A stretch of DNA of 64,000 nt from the IMG/VR virus record IMGVR_UViG_2061766007_000176. One strand, written 5' to 3'. Below the pieces are notes generated by a model, which had not been told where the DNA came from, made no database searches, and worked only from the letters and a program-made list of their open reading frames with translations. A program made the position numbers and the translations under genes. Origin of the DNA: an uncultured virus (IMG/VR IMGVR_UViG_2061766007_000176) (taxonomy: Duplodnaviria > Heunggongvirae > Uroviricota > Caudoviricetes). Below are positions 1-12,369 of this stretch, one piece after another; the stretch's first letter is position 1, and the number at the start of each line of letters is the position of its first letter.

Positions 1-4
1 TAAT

Positions 5-772
5 ATGTCATTGCGTGAAATTGAAAATCAATTTGGCGCAACAAGAGCAACAGTAAGTAAATTTTTAGAAACAAAAGGTATTAAAACTACTAAAGGCAAT
101 CATTATAGAAAATATTTTCACGATATAGATTTTTTTGAAACTATTAATACGGAAGAAAAAGCATACTGGTTAGGATTTATGTATGCCGATGGATATATAG
201 TAAATCATGAAAACCGCNNNNNNNNNNNNNNNNNNNNNNNNNNNNNNNNNNNNNNNNNNNNNNNNNNNNNNNNNNNNNNNNNNNNNNTATTGAAAAATTT
301 AAAGCAAGTATAAAGGCGACTAATCCTATTAGATATGATGATTCTAAACAAGGACAAAGACAAGTAAAATTAGTATGTTGCTCTCAAAAAACAGTCAATG
401 ATTTAANNNNNNNNNNNNNNNNNNNNNNNNNNNNNNNNNNNNNNNNNNNNNNNNNNNNNNNNNNNNNNNNNNNNNNNNNNNNNNNNNNNNNNNNNNNNNN
501 NNNNNNNNNNNNNNNNNNNNNNNNNNNNNNNNNNNNNNNNNNNNNNNNNNNNNNNNNNATATGATATGGCAAAATGGCTTCAAGATACTTTACAAATAGG
601 AAATATATTTCCAGATAAACGTAGAGATTCAACTTGGTATTTCTCAGTAGGCGGAAATCAANNNNNNNNNNNNNNNNNNNNNNNNNNNNNNNNNNNNNNN
701 NNNNNNNNNNNNNNNNAATATAATCGTTATAAAGAATTATTAGATAAATATGGCGAAAGCCAGGGTAATTAA
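5..772 (+). CDS. LAGLIDADG-family homing endonuclease (interrupted by N-gaps), probably intron-encoded
   Basis: N-terminal HTH-like segment followed by the LAGLIDADG-type motif 'EEKAYWLGFMYADG'; fragments 5..313 and 566..772 are separated by gaps; TAA at 770-772 overlaps the next ATG. Confidence 0.75.
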
Positions 773-774
773 TG

Positions 775-2216
775 TGTGATGCGGATGGATATACAAGTTC
801 AAGCATTCTCTGGCTTTATATCAAGCATATTTTCCCAGAAGCAAAGCTTGAGTTTACGGTACACGATCACAAACAGCATGGACTAGATGATAAAATTGAT
901 TGGATTTGCGATGAAGCAAGATGGGACTTGATTCTATGTCCTGATGCCGGAAGTTATGATGTAAAAGAACACAGAGCATTGGGCGAATTGGGAATGGATG
1001 TAATCTGTTTAGATCATCACGAACAGTTATATGATGAAAATGGGAATCCAGTTATTTCCAATCTGCCTAATACAATTATTGTAAACAACCAGCTATCTCC
1101 AAATTATTCAAATAAGTCTCTATGCGGAGCCGGGGTAGTATATAAATTTTGTGAAATCCTTGATGAAATGTTGGGAATAAATCAGGCGCATAATTATATT
1201 GACCTCGCCGCCTTGGGCGAAATTGCGGATGTAATGGATAGAACTGATGTAGAAACTAACTATATTATGATGGAAGGACTTAAGAACATTCATAATGAAG
1301 GTTTCCGTACACTTATTGAAGCGCAAGCGTATTCTTTAAAAGAAAAGGCTATATCACCCTATCTGGGACTTAGTCCGGTAGATATTGCATTTTACATTGC
1401 TCCACTAATTAATGCAATTACACGAGTAGGCTCTCAAGTAGAAAAAGAAACATTATTTTATTGTTTTATTGAGCCTAATAAGGCTATGCAAAGTACAAAA
1501 CGTGGAGCACGAGCTGGAGANNNNNNNNNNNNNNNNNNNNNNNNNNNNNNNNNNNNNNNNGCAAAGGCTCGACAGGACCGGTTGAAAGAGCAGGCCATTG
1601 GTACAATCGACTTTAAAATTCAGAAAGATGGATTAGATGATAACAATATTATCATAATTGAACTAGATTCTACAGATAATGTCCCACAAGAACTTACTGG
1701 ATTAATTNNNNNNNNNNNNNNNNNNNNNNNNNNNNNNNNNNNAAGACGTAATAACAATAATGAGATCCAAGGAAGTATTCGTAGTAGTGGAAATTTCGCA
1801 GGATTACCTAGTTTTAAAAAGTTTCTCGAAGATAGCGGTTTAGTAACATATACAGCCGGACATGATAATGCAGCCGGCTGGGGTCTAAACGGTGATAAAT
1901 TACAATCTTTAATTAAGTATGCAAATAGTCATCTTAAAGCTGAAGACTTTGAAAATTGTTATATTGTAGATTATATTCTGGACGGTTCAGAGTATAATGA
2001 TGAATTATTAGGNNNNNNNNNNNNNNNNNNNNNNNNNNNNNNNNNNNNNNNNNNNNNNNNNNNNNNNNNNNNNNNNNNNNNNNNNNNNNNNNNNNNNNNN
2101 NNNNNNNNAATTGATTATGTGAAATTTAAAGATACAGATTTTATACAGGAAGTAATGAATAATAGAATGAAGAAGCTTACTGTATATGGGCGCGCAAACC
2201 TTAATGAGTGGATGGG
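775..2216 (+). CDS. recJ: RecJ-like DHH/DHHA1 ssDNA exonuclease (3' exon or 5'-truncated part; true end lies in the gap after 2216)
   Basis: Motifs CDADG, ICLDHH, SLCGAGV, LAALGEIAD, AGHDNAAG; the sequence starts in the middle of DHH motif I. Confidence 0.85.
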
Positions 2217-2615
2217 NNNNNNNNNNNNNNNNNNNNNNNNNNNNNNNNNNNNNNNNNNNNNNNNNNNNNNNNNNNNNNNNNNNNNNNNNNNNNNNNNNNN
2301 NNNNNNNNNNNNNNNNNNNNNNNNNNNNNNNNNNTTTGGTCTTAAAGAAGATAAAGGATGGAAGGTTATTGCTGGATCAGCATTAACTGCAGTTGGTATT
2401 ATTCTAAATACTATATCTGTATTTAATGGAGGATAATATGAATTGGACTAATACTTTTAAAGGCTCTACTCTTAATGTTTCACCATTATGCCAAGGTTGC
2501 GATTTAATANNNNNNNNNNNNNNNNNNNNNNNNNNNNNNNNNNNNNNNNNNNNNNNNNNNNNNNNNNNNNNNNNNNNNNNNNNNNNNNNGGCCCATACTG
2601 ATATAAGGAGTTAAT

Positions 2616-2816
2616 ATGACAGTAAAAGAATTAATTGAAAAACTACAAGAAATGCCTCAAGATTTGCTTGTAGTAGATTGGGGAGGCTCCCATGTAGAAG
2701 GATGCCATATTAATGAANNNNNNNNNNNNNNNNNNNNNNNNNNNNNNNNNNNNNNNNNNNNNNNNNNNNNNNNNNNNNNNNNNNNNNNNNNNNNNNNNNN
2801 NNNNNGCCAGATTTAA
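2616..2816 (+). CDS. small hypothetical phage protein (gapped)
   Basis: RBS aaggag; 'MTVKELIEKLQEMPQD' start typical of small phage proteins. Confidence 0.5.
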   Translation: MTVKELIEKLQEMPQDLLVVDWGGSHVEGCHINEXXXXXXXXXXXXXXXXXXXXXXXXXXXXXXQI

Positions 2817-3090
2817 GTGTTAATAAAGTATTAGCGTTTTTAGATGAGTCTCCTTATGAAGGAGCTTGGATAGATTTTGAAGGAAAACAACATTCCGGTG
2901 ATTTAGGCTACATTTATGATTTTTTTCGGTGGTTAGAAAAATATTTACAAGAGCATCCAGAACATAAAAATAAATTTNNNNNNNNNNNNNNNNNNNNNNN
3001 NNNNNNNNNNNNNNNNNNNNNNNNNNNNNNNNNNNNNNNNNNNNNNNNNNNNNNNNNNNNNNNNNNNNNNNNNNNNNNNNNNNNNNNNNN

Positions 3091-6000
3091 AATACAGTAG
3101 AAAGTTTGATGGATTTGGCGGTGGAACTTGGGCATGAGTGTGTAGCAATTACAGACCACGAAACTATATCAAGTTATATCAAGGCGGAAAAGTATTATAA
3201 AAAGATTAAAGAAAAGCACNNNNNNNNNNNNNNNNNNNNNNNNNNNNNNNNNNNNNNNNNNNNNNNNNNNNNNNNNNNNNNNNNNNNNNCTTCCACTTCA
3301 TTCTTCTTGCGAAAGATTTGGAAGGATATAAGCAGATTTGTGAGTTATCTACAAGAGCGTGGCAACGTTCATATATGAGTCGGCGCCAGCGCAGACGTCC
3401 AACTTATTATCAGGATTTAAAAGATATTGTAAAGCCGAATCAAGGGCATCTGATTGCGTCAAGTGCATGTCTTGGATCGCAGTTGGATAAGTTCTTATTA
3501 AGGTATATGGACACCAATGATGAAGAGTTTTATGAAACAGCAAAACGTTGGTGCGAATATATTGTAGATATATTTGGAGAAGGAAACTTCTATTTAGAGT
3601 TACAACCATCCAATAGTAAAGAGCAAATCTTCGTAAATAAGCAGTTGCTTCGTTTAGCAAATGAAACTGGCTTAAAGTATATTATCACAACTGATAGCCA
3701 TTATGGGCGTCCAGAAGATGCGATGATTCATGAAGCATTTCTTAATGCACAGGATGGTGATCGCGAGGTTAAAAGTTTCTATGCGACAACTTATATGATG
3801 AAAGATGAAGAAATTAGAAGTTTTCTTCCTTATCTATCAAATGAGCAAATTGAAGCGGCATATGAAGCGATTCGTGAAATTAAAGACAAATGTGAAGATT
3901 TTAGTATCTTAAAACCACTGAAGATTCCAAGTTTGCCGTGGCGCGAGTTCCCTCGTCGTTCTGAAGCAGAGGTACAAGGATTTATTAAAGATTTACCTGC
4001 GCTAAAAAAATTTGTAGAATCTCCTCATAAAGCAGATAATGAATTGGTATATGCTTTGATTGATGGTATCCATTTACATCCAGATCTTCAAAATAAAAGA
4101 GCATTTGAAGCACTGAATGAATGTCTTGAAATGACATGGGAATCTTCAGAAGTAAATAAGGCACAATGGTCAGCATACTTCCTTAATCTTCAGCACATTA
4201 TAGATGAATGTTGGAACTCTGGAACATTAGTGCTACCAGCGCGTGGATCTGGTATGGGATTTGTTCTTCTCTACGCATTGGATATTATTCAGATAAATTG
4301 TTTGCGTGAGAAAACTAAAACTTATCCTTGGCGTTTCCTTAATCCAGCGCGTGTGTCGGTACTTGATATTGACGTAGATATTGAGGGTGTTCGTAGACTT
4401 CAGACATTGGAACATTTAAGAAAGGTCTATGGACAGAACAGAGTATCAAACGTAGCGACATTTAAGACAGAAAAGTCAAAGTCAGCAATTCAAACAGCGG
4501 CGCGTGGTCTTGGAATTGATGTGGATGAAGCATCTTATATTTCAAATTTGATTCCGGTAGAACGTGGTGCGGTTTACACATTAAAGCAAACATATTATGG
4601 TGATGAAGAAAATGGTATCGCGCCAACTCAATCCTTCATAAATGAAGTAAATAAGTATCCACAACTTTGGGAAGTGGCGCAGAAGATTGAAGGATTGATT
4701 TGTGGTCAAGGTATTCATGCGGGTGGTGTGGTATTCACAGATGAGGATTTCACAGAATCAAGCGCATTGATGCGGGCGCCCGATGGTACGATCATTACAC
4801 AATTTGAGTTACATGACCTTGAAGATGTATCAATGATTAAGATGGACTTGCTTTCAGTTGAAGCAGCAGATAAGATTCATACTTGTCTTGATTTGTTAGT
4901 AGAACAAGGTTTTATTAAAAAGTATCCAACATTGCGCGAAACATATGAGAACGCAATTGGAGTATATAAAATAAATCGTGATGATGAAAAGATGTGGGAT
5001 ATGGTTCAGAATCACGAGATAGTATCTCTGTTCCAAATGGAACAACAGAGCGGTGTACGTGGTATTGCGCTGACACATCCAAGAAGTGTTGATGAATTAG
5101 CAGTTCTAAACTCGGTTATCCGTCTAATGGCAACAGAGAAAGGCGCAGAATCTCCTCTCGATAAGTATGCGAGGTTTAGAAGTGATCCAACCGCATGGGA
5201 TAGAGAAATGCGGTTAATGGGTCTAACAGATAAAGATAGAGAGATTATGCACAGAGAATTAGACATCTCTGATGGTATGTCTATCACGCAGGAACAGTTC
5301 ATGCAACTGGTCCAGTTACCAGAGTGCGGCGGTTGGGATTTACAGTGGGCAGATAAATTAAGAAAGTCAATCGCAAAGAAAAATCCTAAAGAATATGACG
5401 CATTAACAAAGCAGTTCTTTGATAATGTAAAGGAAAAAGGATTAAATGAAAAGTTCTGTAACTATGTGTGGAATATAGAGATTGCGCTAAGCCGCGGATA
5501 TGGATTTAATGCGGCACACACTTATTCCTACTCAATGATAGCACTTCAGGAAATGAATCTTGCGAGATTCTATCCGATTATCTTCTGGAATACAGCAAAC
5601 TTAATTGTAGACAGCGGCGGCATCCAAACTGAAGAAGTTGAAGATGAAGATGAAGGTTTGGATGTAGAACCCGAAGCTGAAGAAGATGACGAGGATGAAG
5701 AAGAGTGGGAGGAAGAAAATGAGGTGACCGAAGGTGAAAAGGAGGATAAGAAAAAGGAGAAAACCAAGACGGTAGATTATGGTAAAGTGGCCGCCGCGAT
5801 CGGACGATTCAGTGGTTATGGAATTAAGGTTTCTCCTCCGAACATTAATACTTCATCCTATACATTCACTCCGGTCGTGGAAAGTAATGAAATCCTATAT
5901 GGATTACGAGGAATTACGAGATTATCCACCTCAATTATAAAAGAGATTATGGAAATGCGACCATTCGATTCTCTCGAAGATTTCTTAGAAAGGGTCAAAG

Positions 6001-6956
6001 TAAATAAGATTCAGATGACGAACTTGATAAAGTGCGGCGCATTTGATGATATGATGGGTATTCCGCGTGAAGATATTATGGCGCATTATATTGATTTAGT
6101 TGCGGATAAGAAACAAAGATTGACATTACAGAATATGCAGATGTTAATCAATTATAATTTGGTTCCAGAAGAAATGAACTTTAGTAAGAAAGTATTCCTC
6201 TTCAATAAGTTCTTAAAGCAGCAGAAAAAAGTTGAGTATTATCAGTTGAATGATAAAGCAATTGACTTTATAGCAGATAACTTTAGTGTGGATATTTTAA
6301 GAAATGGAACTGAATTATCCGCGGCGAAGTGGGAACTTATCTATCAGCGTGCGATGGATCCAATGAGAAATTATATTAAAGCACATAAAGATGAAATGCT
6401 AAAGGCATTAAATGATGCATTATACAAGGAAGTATTCGATAAATATGCGCTTGGCTCGGTATCTCATTGGGAAATGGAGGCAGTTAGCTTCTATAGTCAT
6501 CCACATGAATTAGCGGAATCTCAGTATTTATATGATGATTTCTTCAAACTATCCGAAGAGCCAGAAGTAGATTATAGCTTTATTGGTAAGGATGGTAATG
6601 AAGTGCGTGTGTATAAACTACATAGAATCATTGGTACTGTTATTGATAAAAGTAAGATGAAAAATACGGTTACATTATTAACTCCTACGGGCGTTGTTAA
6701 TGTAAAAGTATATAAGAATCAATATGCCGGATATGATAAGCAACTTTCTCAACGTGGAGCAGATGGTAAAAAACATATCGTTGAGTCAAGTTGGTTTAAA
6801 AGAGGCACATTATTAATGATTCAAGGTATAAAAAATGGAGAAAATTTTATACCAAAGAAAAGAAAAGATAGTGTGTTTCCTGTCATCTCAAAAATACTAA
6901 ATATACGTGAGGAAGGATACTTAGACTTCCAATTTGAACGACCTGAGGTGACATAA
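3091..6956 (+). CDS. dnaE: DNA polymerase III alpha subunit (start lies in the gap upstream)
   Basis: PHP motifs AITDH, SSACLG, TTDSHY; ARGSG; catalytic LDIDVD; GIHAGGVV; KMDLL; GYGFNAAH; the frame change 3106/3318 coincides with an N-gap; no in-frame TAG over 1212 aa. Confidence 0.95.
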
Positions 6957-6957
6957 A

Positions 6958-7806
6958 GTGGCAAGAAAAACAATTATTGTTGGCATTTACTTAATTGAAA
7001 ATTTAGTAAATAATAAAAAATATGTTGGATAGAGTAAAAATATTCTTGCGCGATGGAGTGGGCATAGATGTGATAGCAAAACTAAAGATTTACCACTCTA
7101 TCGTGCAATGAGAAAATATGGGTTAGAAAATTTTAAATTTTCTATATTAGAAGAATGTTCTATTTCAGAATTAGCTAATAGAGAAGATTATTGGATGCAT
7201 TATTATGATTGTTTCATTCCAAAAGGATATAATTATAATATTGCAGAGACACATTTTACAAATTTAGCTATTCCAGAAAAGTATAGAAAAATTATAGCTG
7301 ATATTAAATATAGTGATAAGTTATTAAAAGATATTGCCGCTGAAAATGGGCTATAGAAAGATGCTATTACTATGATTAATCGTGGAAAATCATGGCGTGT
7401 TGAAGGAGAGACGTATCCACTACGCGGACATGATGAGATTCCATTAGATTGGGTGGTAGCATTAATTAAAGATAATTATACAATAGGAGAAGTTGCTGAT
7501 TATTTTGAAACTACTAGTCCTACTATAAAAGGAATGTTATATACCAATGGATTACGAGTAAAAGACTTGCGCGAACCACTATCTTCTAGTCGCAGAATTA
7601 AATTAACTAACTTATCTACTAATGAAAGTTGGACTTTTAGAAAAAAATTAGAGGCGGCAGAATGGATGCATGAACATGTGAGTAGTACTGCAACCGCTCA
7701 AAGTCATTTAAGCACATTAACATATCATCTAAAAAATGGGAAGCCATATAAAGGTTATAAAATTGAATATGATGATATAACAGAAAAGGCGAGTGATATT
7801 AAATGA
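6958..7806 (+). CDS. GIY-YIG homing-type endonuclease (TAG read through)
   Basis: GTG start, then VGIYLIENLVNNKKYVG[TAG]SKNILARW..H; TAGs at 7030 and 7354 join ORFs 7108 and 7372 in one frame; ends TGA. Confidence 0.85.
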
Positions 7807-8564
7807 TTGGTTTAGTAGACCTACAATTGCAGAGTTGGCCTAAACCCCAACTCTGCCCTCCTAATTTAGAGATAATGAAACTTGCAAATTATTATACTTC
7901 TGAAGAAAATAAGTTTTGCCGTCTAATCAATTTAGATGAAACTGAATTTGGTGGCTATGAAAAAGTATATGTATTTAGTGAATCAAAAGATTATATCACC
8001 GTTCCTGATGCTTTCAAACGAGCAACAAATATTGTATACGGCGGNNNNNNNNNNNNNNNNNNNNNNNNNNNNNNNNNTGCCGCATCCGCGCATATACTCT
8101 AACTTTCTCAAAGAAAAATATATTGCGGGAATACGAGATATTGAAATCACCCGACTGCTTGATAATACATATTATCGGTGGCACGCAGGAGATGAGGTAT
8201 TGCCGCTGCCAGCTATAAAACGACGCCATCGTATCTATATCTATGATAAAGACTTCTTTCAAGATGGTTGGCGTGAAATTGTAAATAGAATTATATCACG
8301 ACATCCATCTTCTATAAACTTCATTCATCCCGCACATTATAAAAAGATATCTGACTTCTTAGATGTGCGCGAAAATGCCTTGATTGCGCGAGGTAATGAT
8401 GCATATCTAGATTTAGATATACCACTCAAAGAAACTCCTATTCTTATGAAACATTATAAGAATAGATTACTAGCAGTTATAAATCAGAGCTCTCAAGTAT
8501 ATTTATCACTTGGAGGCTCATTTCATTATAGAACAGATTATCTCAAAGACATTATATATAAACT
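7803..8564 (+). CDS. partial variant copy of the 8809..9900 protein (broken by gaps)
   Basis: Colinear and highly similar to 8809..9900 (MIGLVDLQLQSW..PPNLEIMKLA). Confidence 0.7.
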
Positions 8565-8574
8565 NNNNNNNNNN

Positions 8575-8812
8575 GCGCGAACCCTTATCTTCTAGTCGAA
8601 GAATTAAATTAACTAATTTATCCACTAATGAGAGTTGGAGTTTTAGAAAGAAATTGGACGCGGCAGAATGGATGCATAATAATGTGAATAGTAATGCTAC
8701 GGCACAAAGTCATTTAAGTACTTTAACTTATCATTTAAAAAATGGTAAACCATATATGGGATATTAGATAGAATATGATGATATTACTGAAAAGGCAAGT
8801 GATTTGAAATGA
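8575..8812 (+). CDS. variant copy of the C-terminus of the GIY-YIG endonuclease
   Basis: REPLSSSRRIKLTNLSTNESW...GKPYMGY[TAG]IEYDDITEKASDLK matches 7570-7806. Confidence 0.7.
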
Positions 8813-9900
8813 TTGGATTAGTTGATTTACAACTACAGAGTTGGGATAAACCCCAACTCTGTCCTCCTAATTTAGAGATAATGAAACTTGCTACTTACTA
8901 TCAAGCTGAAGAAAATAAATTTTGCCGCCTCATAAATCTTAACGAAACAGAATTTGGTGGCTATGAAAAAATATATGTCTTTAGCGAATCAAAAGATTAT
9001 ATAACTGTACCAGAAGCATTAAGGCGCGCCACTAATGTGGTATATGGCGGCACGGCCTTTACAAATGGAGTTTATGTTCCATTTGAAAATAAACTTATAG
9101 ATTATACTCTCGCACGCACACGCATATATGCGAGTTTCTTAAAAGAAAGACGTGCGGCTGGATTAGACGATAAAGAAATTGAACGTTTATTGGATAACTC
9201 CTATTATAGATGGCACGCTGGAAAAGAAGTTCTTCCACTTCCATCAATACAAAAGCGTAGACGCTTATATGTATATGATGTAGATTTCTTTCAAGAAGGA
9301 TGGCGCGATATTATGAATAAAATGATGGAAAGAAAACCAACCTCAATTCACTTTATTCATCCAATGCGTTATCATAAAATCTCAGATTTCTTAGAGGTGC
9401 GCGAAAACTCTTTAGTAGCAAAGGCGCGAGATGCTTATCTAGATTTAAACATTCCATTAAGTGAAACACCAATTCTTATGAAACATTATAAGAATAGATT
9501 ACTCGCAGTAATCAATCAGAATTCCCAAGTCTTCTTACCACTTGGTGGTTCTTTTCACTATCAATCAGACTATTTACGAGATATAGTTTATAAACTTAAC
9601 TTATTGTATGTATTTTGGAGTAGTAACATCCCAGTCAAAATTAAGTATGAAGAACCAACACTCGGATGTTACAATCCGATACCTGATATATCCAAGTTAA
9701 TATCAACTTGGTCACAAGGCGAAACCTGTAATTATAAAAGTATTATAGAAAGGATACCGAAAGATAAAAAGATGACTGAAATTCGCCCAGAGCGCGAGCA
9801 GCTTAGAGTAATACTAGATAGATATCCTTCTTCAGAAACTTTATTTCGCCAAACAACAGAAACAGCTAAAAAAGGAGGTTTTTGGTTACATGGATATTAA
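8809..9900 (+). CDS. conserved phage protein resembling the N-terminus of phage radical-SAM/B12-binding-like proteins, lacking CxxxCxxC
   Basis: IGLVD...PNLEIMKLATY...YGGTAF pattern; no iron-sulfur motif. Confidence 0.5.
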   Translation: MIGLVDLQLQSWDKPQLCPPNLEIMKLATYYQAEENKFCRLINLNETEFGGYEKIYVFSESKDYITVPEALRRATNVVYGGTAFTNGVYVPFENKLIDYTLARTRIYASFLKERRAAGLDDKEIERLLDNSYYRWHAGKEVLPLPSIQKRRRLYVYDVDFFQEGWRDIMNKMMERKPTSIHFIHPMRYHKISDFLEVRENSLVAKARDAYLDLNIPLSETPILMKHYKNRLLAVINQNSQVFLPLGGSFHYQSDYLRDIVYKLNLLYVFWSSNIPVKIKYEEPTLGCYNPIPDISKLISTWSQGETCNYKSIIERIPKDKKMTEIRPEREQLRVILDRYPSSETLFRQTTETAKKGGFWLHGY

Positions 9901-10096
9901 TAGTATTAAAGTAAAGTATGAAGCTTTAAATCAAGAATTAAAACAAGCGCTTTCGCGCATGGAAAAAACAGATCGAGTATTTATTATTAGAGATGCTATT
10001 AAAGATTTACAACAACTATGTCCGCACAATAATGGCAACTATGACTTTTCTGAAACAGATGAATGTCCTTATTGTGGAAAACACTTTAAGGGGTGA
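9890..10096 (+). CDS. small Zn-ribbon protein
   Basis: CPH...CPYCGK; RBS ggagg. Confidence 0.65.
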   Translation: MDINSIKVKYEALNQELKQALSRMEKTDRVFIIRDAIKDLQQLCPHNNGNYDFSETDECPYCGKHFKG

Positions 10097-12369
10097 TTTG
10101 TGTGGAATTACAAATTAAAAAGAGAACTGGAGAATTAGTTCCGTTCGATAAAGAAAAAATTATTAAAGCTATTTATAAAGCCTATTTTGAAGTATATCCA
10201 CATGATGAGGAGGTACCAAAATACGCAGCTCTGATTGCTGATGCGGTAGAGTCGGTAGCAGAAGAATGTGAATATACTCTTGGTGTTGAAGATATTCAAG
10301 AATTGGTTGAAGATTATTTAACTGATTATGATAGAGCAGTTGGTAAAGCATATATTAAATATAGATATAAACATGGTATTATGCGCGCGAACTCTACAGA
10401 ATTTATTCGGGCTATTTCCGAGAAATTACGGGCTTCCAATGTTCAGAATCAAAATGCTAATATAGATGAACATTCATTTGGCGGCCGTGTGGGTGAAGCC
10501 TCAGATGAAATGATGAAGCAGTACGCGTTAGATTTTATTGTTTCTCCGATGGCTAAAGCCAATCATTTGAATAATGAAATTTATATTCATGATCTAAGCG
10601 CCTATGCCGTTGGTATGCACAACTGCTTAAGTATTCCATTTGATGACTTACTTGCTAATGGATTTAATACAAGGCAGACAGATGTACGTCCAGCAAACTC
10701 AATCAATACTGCTTTCCAGCTAGTAGCTGTTATTTTCCAGTTACAGAGTTTAATGCAGTTTGGCGGTGTTAGCGCCACTCATTTAGATTGGACTATGGTG
10801 CCTTATGTGAGGAAGAGTTTTTGGAAGCACTTCAAAGATGGATTGAAATACTTTGAAGAAGGAAATGAAAATCACTACTTTGCAGGAACAGATATTACTA
10901 AACTCCCTATTGAACCTTATAATCATCCATCAGTAGATGAATCATTGGTAAGTCTAGTACATACAGCTAAATGTTGCAAAGCATATAAATATGCTATGGA
11001 TATGACTGAGCGTGAGCTTCAACAGGCAGTTGAAGGAATGTATCATAACCTCAATACACTTCAATCTAGATCGGGAAATCAGTTACCTTTTACAAGCATT
11101 AATTATGGTACCTGTACACTACCAGAAGGTCGTATGGTAACTAAAGCACTTCTGGACGGTTCAATTAAAGGCGTGGGTAAGTTCCATAAAACTCCAATCT
11201 TCCCCTGTGGTATTTTCCAATGTATGAAAGGAGTTAATAGAGCGCCTGGTGATCCAAATTATGATTTATACAGACTGGCACTTGAATCAACCGCAAGACG
11301 TATTTATCCAAACTATGCAAATGTAGATTGGTCTAATGCGGCTGGATATGATATAAACGACCCTCGTACCTACTTCAGTACAATGGGATGTCGTACAGCA
11401 AACCTCGGAGATATAAATGCTGAGCCAGGCACTAATCCTCAGATGAAGGATGGCCGCGGTAATATCTGTCCTGTAACAATTATTCTTCCGACTCTTGCTA
11501 TGGAAGCAATTGATATGGCATATGCGGCTTATCCAGATACCGACGTAGTCGATAGTTTTATGTTCCTATTAGATAGGAAGATTCAAGAAGCAAAGGATAT
11601 GCTACTTGAGCGCTTTGAACATATCTGCTCCCAATCTCCGGAATCAGCTAAATTTATGTATGAAAATCATACAATGCTTGGCTATCATCCAGAAGAAGGG
11701 ATTCGTTCAGCACTCAAACATGGCACATTGGTAATCGGTCAATTAGGTTTAGCAGAAACCTTACAAATTCTAATTGGTTGTGATCATACCACTGAAAAGG
11801 GTATGGCGCTAGCAAAGAAAATTGAGCAACTATTCAAAACACGTTGTGCGGAATTTAAGAAACAATACAGCTTAAACTTTGGTGTGTACTATACACCCGC
11901 GGAAAATCTATGTTATACCGCTATGAAGAAGTTTAAAGCAAAGTATGGCGAAATCCCTCGTGTATCTGATCATGAATACTTCACTAATAGTATGCACGTA
12001 CCAGTTTGGCACGAAATTTCAGTATTTGATAAAATTGATATTGAAAGCCAGTTAACAGGATATTCTAGCGCCGGATGTATCACTTATGTAGAAGTTCCAA
12101 GTGGAGTAAAGAATAATATAGACGCACTTGAAACAATAGTAAATTATGCGATGGATAAGGACATACCTTATTTCGCGCTCAACGTGCCATTAGATAACTG
12201 TAATGACTGCGGTTATCAAGATGAAATTGGAGAAAAATGTCCGCAGTGTGGAAGCACAAATATATCAAGACTTAGACGCGTAACCGGCTATTTAACCGGA
12301 AACTATAAAACTGCTTTTAATAGGGGCAAACAAGCAGAAACTGAAGAACGCGTTAAACATATACACTAA
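10093..12369 (+). CDS. nrdD: anaerobic (class III) ribonucleoside-triphosphate reductase with N-terminal ATP cone
   Basis: ATP cone (IKKRTG..FDKEKI), IYIHD, HNCL, TPAENL, YFTNS, CxxC..CPQCG, glycyl-radical motif RRVTGYL. Confidence 0.95.
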   Translation: MICVELQIKKRTGELVPFDKEKIIKAIYKAYFEVYPHDEEVPKYAALIADAVESVAEECEYTLGVEDIQELVEDYLTDYDRAVGKAYIKYRYKHGIMRANSTEFIRAISEKLRASNVQNQNANIDEHSFGGRVGEASDEMMKQYALDFIVSPMAKANHLNNEIYIHDLSAYAVGMHNCLSIPFDDLLANGFNTRQTDVRPANSINTAFQLVAVIFQLQSLMQFGGVSATHLDWTMVPYVRKSFWKHFKDGLKYFEEGNENHYFAGTDITKLPIEPYNHPSVDESLVSLVHTAKCCKAYKYAMDMTERELQQAVEGMYHNLNTLQSRSGNQLPFTSINYGTCTLPEGRMVTKALLDGSIKGVGKFHKTPIFPCGIFQCMKGVNRAPGDPNYDLYRLALESTARRIYPNYANVDWSNAAGYDINDPRTYFSTMGCRTANLGDINAEPGTNPQMKDGRGNICPVTIILPTLAMEAIDMAYAAYPDTDVVDSFMFLLDRKIQEAKDMLLERFEHICSQSPESAKFMYENHTMLGYHPEEGIRSALKHGTLVIGQLGLAETLQILIGCDHTTEKGMALAKKIEQLFKTRCAEFKKQYSLNFGVYYTPAENLCYTAMKKFKAKYGEIPRVSDHEYFTNSMHVPVWHEISVFDKIDIESQLTGYSSAGCITYVEVPSGVKNNIDALETIVNYAMDKDIPYFALNVPLDNCNDCGYQDEIGEKCPQCGSTNISRLRRVTGYLTGNYKTAFNRGKQAETEERVKHIH

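Noticed and set aside
2217..2436. Hydrophobic C-terminal tail on RecJ
   Set aside because: Lies beyond an N-gap and probably belongs to a separate small membrane protein
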